A stretch of DNA of 63,877 bases, counting the filler, from an uncultured Myxococcia bacterium (lineage in GTDB: Bacteria; CAZTWC01), in assembly GCA_964617105.1 (NCBI GenBank). It is 5 parts of 5 records of this genome, joined end to end, with 100 filler letters (N's around TTAATTAATTAA, not from the genome) between each part and the next. Parts side by side here need not be neighbours in the genome. Positions count along the whole stretch, not along the records: positions 55,272 to 63,877 come from CAZTWC010000152.1; 4 more parts are not named here. The stretch is one strand, 5' to 3'. Under the pieces are notes generated by a model that worked only from the letters and a program-made list of their open reading frames with translations, made no database searches and was not told where the DNA came from. Every line of letters starts with the position of its first letter. Within the stretch, counting starts at the first letter, position 1. Position numbers and translations under genes: made by a program. Below are positions 58,615 through 63,877 of the stretch, in pieces.

Positions 58615-59823
58615 ATGGCCAATCCCTTTAAAGCGGTTGAGATCGCTCCCAATATTTTTTGGGTCGGCGCTATTGACTGGAATATTGATGATTTTCACGG
58701 TTACCGGGTTAGCCGGGGCACCACTTACAACGCCTATTTGATTAAGGGAGAAAAAAACATACTCATTGACACGGTCAAACAACCATTTTTCCAAGAGATG
58801 CTTTTGAGGATATCATCGGTAATAGCACCGACAGATATCGACTATATTATTTCCAACCACTCTGAAATGGACCACTCCGGGTGCCTGCCCCAGGCTATCG
58901 ATACCCTCCAACCGGATAGTATTTTTGCCTCCGCCAAGGGGGTTGAAACCCTGGAACAACACTTTGGACTGAAAAATATCACCGCGGTGAAAGATAACAA
59001 AACTATGGTGTTTGGCGATACGGAATTGCTCTTTTTGGAAACCAGGATGCTTCACTGGCCCGACAGCATGTTTACCTATTTGCCCCGAAAAAATATCCTC
59101 TTCTCCCAGGACGCTTTTGGCATGCACCTGGCTTCTACCAAAAGGTTTGCTGACCAGTTGCCCGCCGGAATTATCGACCAGGAGGCCAGCAAATACTATG
59201 CCAACATCCTGATGCCCTATTCCACTCAGGTTATCAAATTGCTCGATAAAATCAAATCCCTGGAGTTGCCCATTGATATGATCGCCCCTGATCACGGTCC
59301 ACTATGGCGACAGGATCTGGACAAAATACTAAACCAGTACTATAGATGGGCAACGCCCAAAAGGACCAATAAAGCCCTGGTGGTTTACGACTCTATGTGG
59401 AACAGCACCGATACCATGGCCAAAGCTATCAGCGAAGGATTAAGCGCCCGGGGAATCGATGCCAGAATTATGTCATTAAAACACTGCCACCGCAGTGACG
59501 TGGCCAAAGAGATACTGGGAGCCGGCGCCCTGATATTAGGTTCCCCCACTTTGAACAACAATATTTATCCTTCGGTGGCCGATTTACTCTGCTACCTTAA
59601 AGGGCTGCGTCCTAAAAACTTGATTGGAGCAGTTTTCGGCTCTTACGGATGGAGCGGTGAATCGATAAAAATCTGTTCTCAAGCCCTGGTCGATATGAAA
59701 ATCGATATAGTGGGAGAGGTTAAAACCAAATATGTACCCGATGAAGAAACCCTTTCCCAATGTGACCTGTTGGCTGAAAAAATTTGTACCCAACTAAAAC
59801 TTCACAACTGCTATGGAGGTTAA
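58615..59823 (+). CDS. fprA: Flavodiiron protein (FprA/A-type flavoprotein)
   Basis: [20 protein letters not shown] and APDHG motifs; flavodoxin SMWNST and FGSYGWSGE motifs. Confidence 0.94.
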   Translation: MANPFKAVEIAPNIFWVGAIDWNIDDFHGYRVSRGTTYNAYLIKGEKNILIDTVKQPFFQEMLLRISSVIAPTDIDYIISNHSEMDHSGCLPQAIDTLQPDSIFASAKGVETLEQHFGLKNITAVKDNKTMVFGDTELLFLETRMLHWPDSMFTYLPRKNILFSQDAFGMHLASTKRFADQLPAGIIDQEASKYYANILMPYSTQVIKLLDKIKSLELPIDMIAPDHGPLWRQDLDKILNQYYRWATPKRTNKALVVYDSMWNSTDTMAKAISEGLSARGIDARIMSLKHCHRSDVAKEILGAGALILGSPTLNNNIYPSVADLLCYLKGLRPKNLIGAVFGSYGWSGESIKICSQALVDMKIDIVGEVKTKYVPDEETLSQCDLLAEKICTQLKLHNCYGG

Positions 59824-59824
59824 C

Positions 59825-59986
59825 ATGGATAATTATGTATGTAATATCTGTGCTTATGTTTATGATCCCAATGAGGGTGATCCAGACAATAATATCGAAC
59901 CGGGTACCGCTTTTAGCGATTTGCCTGACGATTGGGTCTGCCCGGTCTGTGGCGCTGGCACCGATGAATTCTCCAAGGAAGATTAA
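59825..59986 (+). CDS. Rubredoxin (53 aa; not in ORF track)
   Basis: [61 protein letters not shown]. Confidence 0.96.
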   Translation: MDNYVCNICAYVYDPNEGDPDNNIEPGTAFSDLPDDWVCPVCGAGTDEFSKED

Positions 59987-60012
59987 ATCAACCTTTGACC
60001 AAGGAATTCAAA

Positions 60013-60426
60013 ATGGCCTATATATTAAAAATCTCAGAAGCGGTAGCAATAGCGCTTCATTCGGTTGCCCTGCTGACCACCCGAAAAGGACAATTGGTTT
60101 CCAACCGGCAAATAGCAAAATCGCTTCATATTTCGGAAGCGCACCTTTCAAAGGTTTTACAGCGGCTATCCCGCACCGGTATTGTAAAATCAGTTCGGGG
60201 ACCTAAGGGAGGTTTTTTCATCAGCAAAGCGGCGGAAGAGATCTCCTTGCTGGAAATATATGAAATAATGGAAGGCCCCTATGAACAGGTAAAATGCCTC
60301 TACGGAATCCCGGTTTGCACAGGTCATAATTGTATGCTAGAAGAAATTTTCACTTTGGCCAATAGCACTATCCGGGACTATTTTGCCCAAAAAACCATGG
60401 CCGATTTTATCCATAACGACAAGTGA
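60013..60426 (+). CDS. Rrf2-family transcriptional regulator
   Basis: SEAHLSKVLQRL...SVRGPKGGF motif; three C-terminal Cys. Confidence 0.92.
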   Translation: MAYILKISEAVAIALHSVALLTTRKGQLVSNRQIAKSLHISEAHLSKVLQRLSRTGIVKSVRGPKGGFFISKAAEEISLLEIYEIMEGPYEQVKCLYGIPVCTGHNCMLEEIFTLANSTIRDYFAQKTMADFIHNDK

Positions 60427-60706
60427 TTTTTTTCCGGATTACTTGTACAGTTTCCCCGGCTACAATAAGGGCTAAAATCACCAATATCAGAGCCACTGTG
60501 CCCAACAAAAGATTTTTCTTAACCAATATAAAAGTGTATGACTGCCACATCAAAGAGGCCACGGTGGTAACCAACATGAGTATTGCCGGCACCAGGGTGT
60601 AGCCGGTTGGTTTGTTCCGACCCACCAGGTAGGCAGTGATAACAATAAGAGTCAAGGCGGCAAATAGCCAAATCAATCCCAGGATGCCAACCAACGCGCT
60701 GTTCAT
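60407..60706 (-). pseudogene. Probable internally deleted carbon starvation protein CstA remnant
   Basis: A CstA-like N-terminus MNSALVGILGLIWLF is joined in frame to a CstA-like C-terminus AALTLIVITAYL...YTLVPAILMLVTT. The product is 99 aa, versus >500 aa for a full-length CstA. Confidence 0.6.
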
Positions 60707-60767
60707 CTATTGGTCACCTTATGAAAGTATAGAAGTTGATTCTCAGACGGACACTCTTACCAGCCGC

Positions 60768-62027
60768 TTAATCTTTTTCCACATTAATCGGTACTCTGAT
60801 AGTAAACTCAGCCCCGTCCCCAAAATTTTGAACAGTTAGGCTGCCACCCATATTTTTCTCAATAATGATCTTTGACATATATAGGCCAACACCGGTGCCT
60901 TTACCCTGCTCCTTAGTGGTAAAATAGGGCTCAAATACCCGTTCTAGAATCTCCTCCAGCACACCACCGCCATTGTCTGCAATCTTTATTTGGTAATCAC
61001 TTTCCTCTTTACCGGCAGAAATAGTTATAAGGGCATTTTCTACTTTATTGTCTACCAGGGCATCCCGGGCATTGCTCAGTATATTGATAAGTACCTGTTC
61101 AAATTCATTGGCTAAACCAATGATGTTTGTTTCACCCTCCACATCAAACCTTACCGCAATAAAATTGTTGCTCAGGCTGGCCTTGATGATGTTAAGCGCC
61201 TTGTAAATACTCTCCTGGGCATTGAATTCGCTTTTAATTTTGTCACTTTTAAAAAAATTTCGAAAATCATCGATGGTTCTGGACATGTGGCCGATTAGGC
61301 CCTTGGCCTGACCAATACTGCGGTTTAAATATTTCTCATCCAGTTCCTCAAAATCGTAGGCATCTTTTAAATCCTGAATTAACACTCCCAGGGAACTAAG
61401 GGGCTGCCTCCACTGGTGAGCGATATTGCCAATCATCTCCCCCATGGAAGCCAACCGCGTCTGCTGAGTAATAATCTGATCCTTAGCCCGGCTCTTATGC
61501 AACTCTTTTTCCACCAGCACCTCCAGGTTCCGGTTGCTCTCATAGAGTTGATCACGAACATCCTTTAACTCTTTTTCAACCTCCCGCCGCCGACAAATCT
61601 CCTGGTCCTTCTCTTTGATGGTCCCCTCCAGAAACTTAACATACCGGTCCAGTTTCTGGCTCAACTTCCGCTTATCCATAGCCCGCTGCAACGATATCTC
61701 CAGCTCGCTAAAGTTGATGGGTTTGACCAAATAGTTAAATGCCCCCAAACGCATAGCCTGCACAGCAGTATCCATATCTTCGTTGGCAGTAATAATAAAT
61801 ATCTCCACCAGGTTGGATTGCTTCCGTATCCTCTTCATCACCTCGATGCCGCTCATATCGGGCATAAGCAAGTCCACCAGCACCATATCTGGCACCACCT
61901 TGGCAAAAACCTCCATCCCCTCCTTACCACCGATGGCAGAAAATACATTATACCCCTTGCGAGCCAACTTGGTGCACAAAAGTTTACACATATCAAGATC
62001 ATCATCAATTATTAATAATCGTGCCAT
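60768..62027 (-). CDS. Hybrid response regulator-histidine kinase
   Basis: Receiver motifs IIDDD, DLLMP and KP; H-box IAHQWRQPL; FEPYFTTK..GTGVGL. Confidence 0.93.
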   Translation of the reverse strand: MARLLIIDDDLDMCKLLCTKLARKGYNVFSAIGGKEGMEVFAKVVPDMVLVDLLMPDMSGIEVMKRIRKQSNLVEIFIITANEDMDTAVQAMRLGAFNYLVKPINFSELEISLQRAMDKRKLSQKLDRYVKFLEGTIKEKDQEICRRREVEKELKDVRDQLYESNRNLEVLVEKELHKSRAKDQIITQQTRLASMGEMIGNIAHQWRQPLSSLGVLIQDLKDAYDFEELDEKYLNRSIGQAKGLIGHMSRTIDDFRNFFKSDKIKSEFNAQESIYKALNIIKASLSNNFIAVRFDVEGETNIIGLANEFEQVLINILSNARDALVDNKVENALITISAGKEESDYQIKIADNGGGVLEEILERVFEPYFTTKEQGKGTGVGLYMSKIIIEKNMGGSLTVQNFGDGAEFTIRVPINVEKD

Positions 62028-62098
62028 AAATCAATCATTTAAACTAAATAGTTGCTGTCCAAAAACCAACCGTGCAGGGTGTCGAGAGTGGTGTGGAT

Positions 62099-63877
62099 TT
62101 ACTGGCAGTTGCTGCCGGTTACACACCCATACTTAAACTCCAACTTTGACTCTATAAAATCCAAAGAGCGTTGCACCTGACCTGGGATGGATGATTTTTC
62201 CCGGTGTTGCAACTCGGGGTCCATCAGCCAATCATTCAGGGTCATAGCGTCATATTCACGCACAGCCAGGTTAAAGTGGCTAAAATTAGGTACTTTCAAA
62301 TAGTAAAAATAGTTCCTACCCATCTCCTTGCCGAGATCTAATACCGTGTTTGCCTTAACATCATCTTTACGCCAGGTGTTTTGCATGGCATCTATCCGGT
62401 ATCCATAATTTGAACTCACTTTAATCTGGCTTCGATCGCCCAGAATACGGTATTCTTTACCGTCCCGGTCAAAAGCGTAGATCGCTATAAATGGATCTGA
62501 CTCACCCACTCCGATGCCGATATCATTATCTTTCAGCACCGTCAATTTCTCCAATTCCAGCCTCAAAGCATAGGGATTGTAAAGGTATTTGAAACTGAAA
62601 TTTGTCCAACCCATAGGAAATTCGTGACGAATCAGGTCGATGGGATTGTAAAAAATCTCACCTCTGGGGCGATGGCCATAATCGGTATCTTTATAAGCCC
62701 AGGGGGCTATATTCTGATTATCCGACTTGCTGGTGCGCAGAATGCCAAAAGTGCTGAACATGTTGTTACTGCCAAAATTCTTGCGCAGACTCCAAAGATC
62801 GTTGTAGAGAAACTTCATTTGATATCTAGCGCTGGGATCATTATCATCGGAAGGCGTTTTGGAATTTCCAGAGAAATAGCGGTAGATAATTCCACTGTTT
62901 TCTGGAAAACCGTCTTTGTGCCAATGCCCAATTCCAGCGGTAAAAGATTTGTCACCAAAGGCAGCGTGATCACCATGACGGACAAAAATCAAGGGGCTGC
63001 GTTTTTTGCCATCCTCAAACTGGATATCGCCTTTTAAGGTAGCCATACCGCCCATCAATTTCAGTTGCGACCCGGCCGGTAAATAGTGTTGACTGTCATC
63101 CCAGGCTATGGTCTGCATATATTCCAGGGTACCCAAACCTCCCTGGTTCTGATGACGAACCACCAGTAACACGCCGGTCATAATATTAGATTGTTTGCTC
63201 ATGCAGTTCATGGTCTTTATTAATGGATAACCGCTGCAGGCACGGGCAAAATATAACCAATAACCAAGAAAATAGTGGGTTTCGCTTTTAATAAAACTGA
63301 CATATACCGTGGGCTTGGCTGAAGACTGAAATTCGCTCCAATTGTTGTAATTGTTCATACCGTCTTTATCGTTGTCAAAATTGAGGGCGGCAAAACGATC
63401 TACTCCCGGCTGAGAAGTATAGGTGTCAACATAAAATGTTGGGGCATAATATTCCCAAACCTTGGGGGCTTTACAATAAAAAGAGGTACCATCTTTGACA
63501 CAAATTTGTCCCAGGGGACAGCCGCTGTCATCTTGGCAAATTGGAGGGCATTTTTTATCGCTTCCTGAGCAATCCTGGTCTACATTGTCGCCACATACTT
63601 CTCTGGCGCCGGGATAAACATCCAGGTTGTTGTCATCACAGTCCTTTTTCGCTCCGGACGAATCTCCCTCCTGGCAGTAGCCGTCCTGGTCCTTATCGGT
63701 GCAGGTTACCGGACAAACGGTATCCTTGCCGTCACAATCCTGGTCTGTGTTGTCACCACATATCTCATTGGCACCGGGATTGATGCTCAGATCGTTGTCA
63801 TCGCAATCCGTGCCTAAACAGTCGCTGCCCGTGCCATAGCCATCTTCATCAGCATCTTGGCAATCTTTGGGACAGGG
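62099..63877 (-). CDS. Secreted protein: Cys/Asp-rich (MopE-related) repeats + uncharacterised globular domain + C2-like C-terminus; 5' end beyond window
   Basis: The frame is open from 63877: DCDDND..INPGANEICGDNTDQDCDG..., then WEYYAPTFY...NFDND..., continuing into the 419-aa ORF. Confidence 0.8.
   Translation of the reverse strand, partial: PCPKDCQDADEDGYGTGSDCLGTDCDDNDLSINPGANEICGDNTDQDCDGKDTVCPVTCTDKDQDGYCQEGDSSGAKKDCDDNNLDVYPGAREVCGDNVDQDCSGSDKKCPPICQDDSGCPLGQICVKDGTSFYCKAPKVWEYYAPTFYVDTYTSQPGVDRFAALNFDNDKDGMNNYNNWSEFQSSAKPTVYVSFIKSETHYFLGYWLYFARACSGYPLIKTMNCMSKQSNIMTGVLLVVRHQNQGGLGTLEYMQTIAWDDSQHYLPAGSQLKLMGGMATLKGDIQFEDGKKRSPLIFVRHGDHAAFGDKSFTAGIGHWHKDGFPENSGIIYRYFSGNSKTPSDDNDPSARYQMKFLYNDLWSLRKNFGSNNMFSTFGILRTSKSDNQNIAPWAYKDTDYGHRPRGEIFYNPIDLIRHEFPMGWTNFSFKYLYNPYALRLELEKLTVLKDNDIGIGVGESDPFIAIYAFDRDGKEYRILGDRSQIKVSSNYGYRIDAMQNTWRKDDVKANTVLDLGKEMGRNYFYYLKVPNFSHFNLAVREYDAMTLNDWLMDPELQHREKSSIPGQVQRSLDFIESKLEFKYGCVTGSNCQ

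Noticed and set aside
59784-60206. 140-aa ORF in the ORF track
   Set aside because: It overlaps the genuine rubredoxin and Rrf2 genes in other frames.

Overview
This window is not one continuous locus. It is five contig pieces (1-13786, 13887-27661, 27762-41507, 41608-55171, 55272-63877) joined by artificial N44-TTAATTAATTAA-N44 linkers, so no gene neighbourhood can be inferred across the gaps. Gene content suggests a moderately low-GC deltaproteobacterial/Myxococcota-like anaerobe. It includes a zinc-ribbon/GYF membrane protein, Cys/Asp-rich repeat proteins, RCC1 and PQQ beta-propellers, a Ser/Thr kinase, a class III cyclase, a rubrerythrin-flavodiiron-rubredoxin-Rrf2 cluster, and housekeeping genes (proC, alaC, lipA, folE2, cutA, cobO, comF, yfgM/bamB-like). 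No rRNA, tRNA, CRISPR array, transposase or reverse transcriptase was recognised. The most notable observations are: (1) two copies of a non-coding hairpin element with a near-identical 29-nt core, closed by perfect 16-bp stems of largely different sequence, each near a tandem array of TCCC-N3/4-GGGA mini-hairpin units; (2) a >3300-aa protein with eight glycine-rich modules and a C-type lectin tip; (3) a thermolysin/fungalysin-like protease whose propeptide is a separate gene; (4) a divergent AccA-AccD fusion; (5) several apparent internal-deletion scars in genes. All family assignments come from motif recognition by eye, not from database searches.
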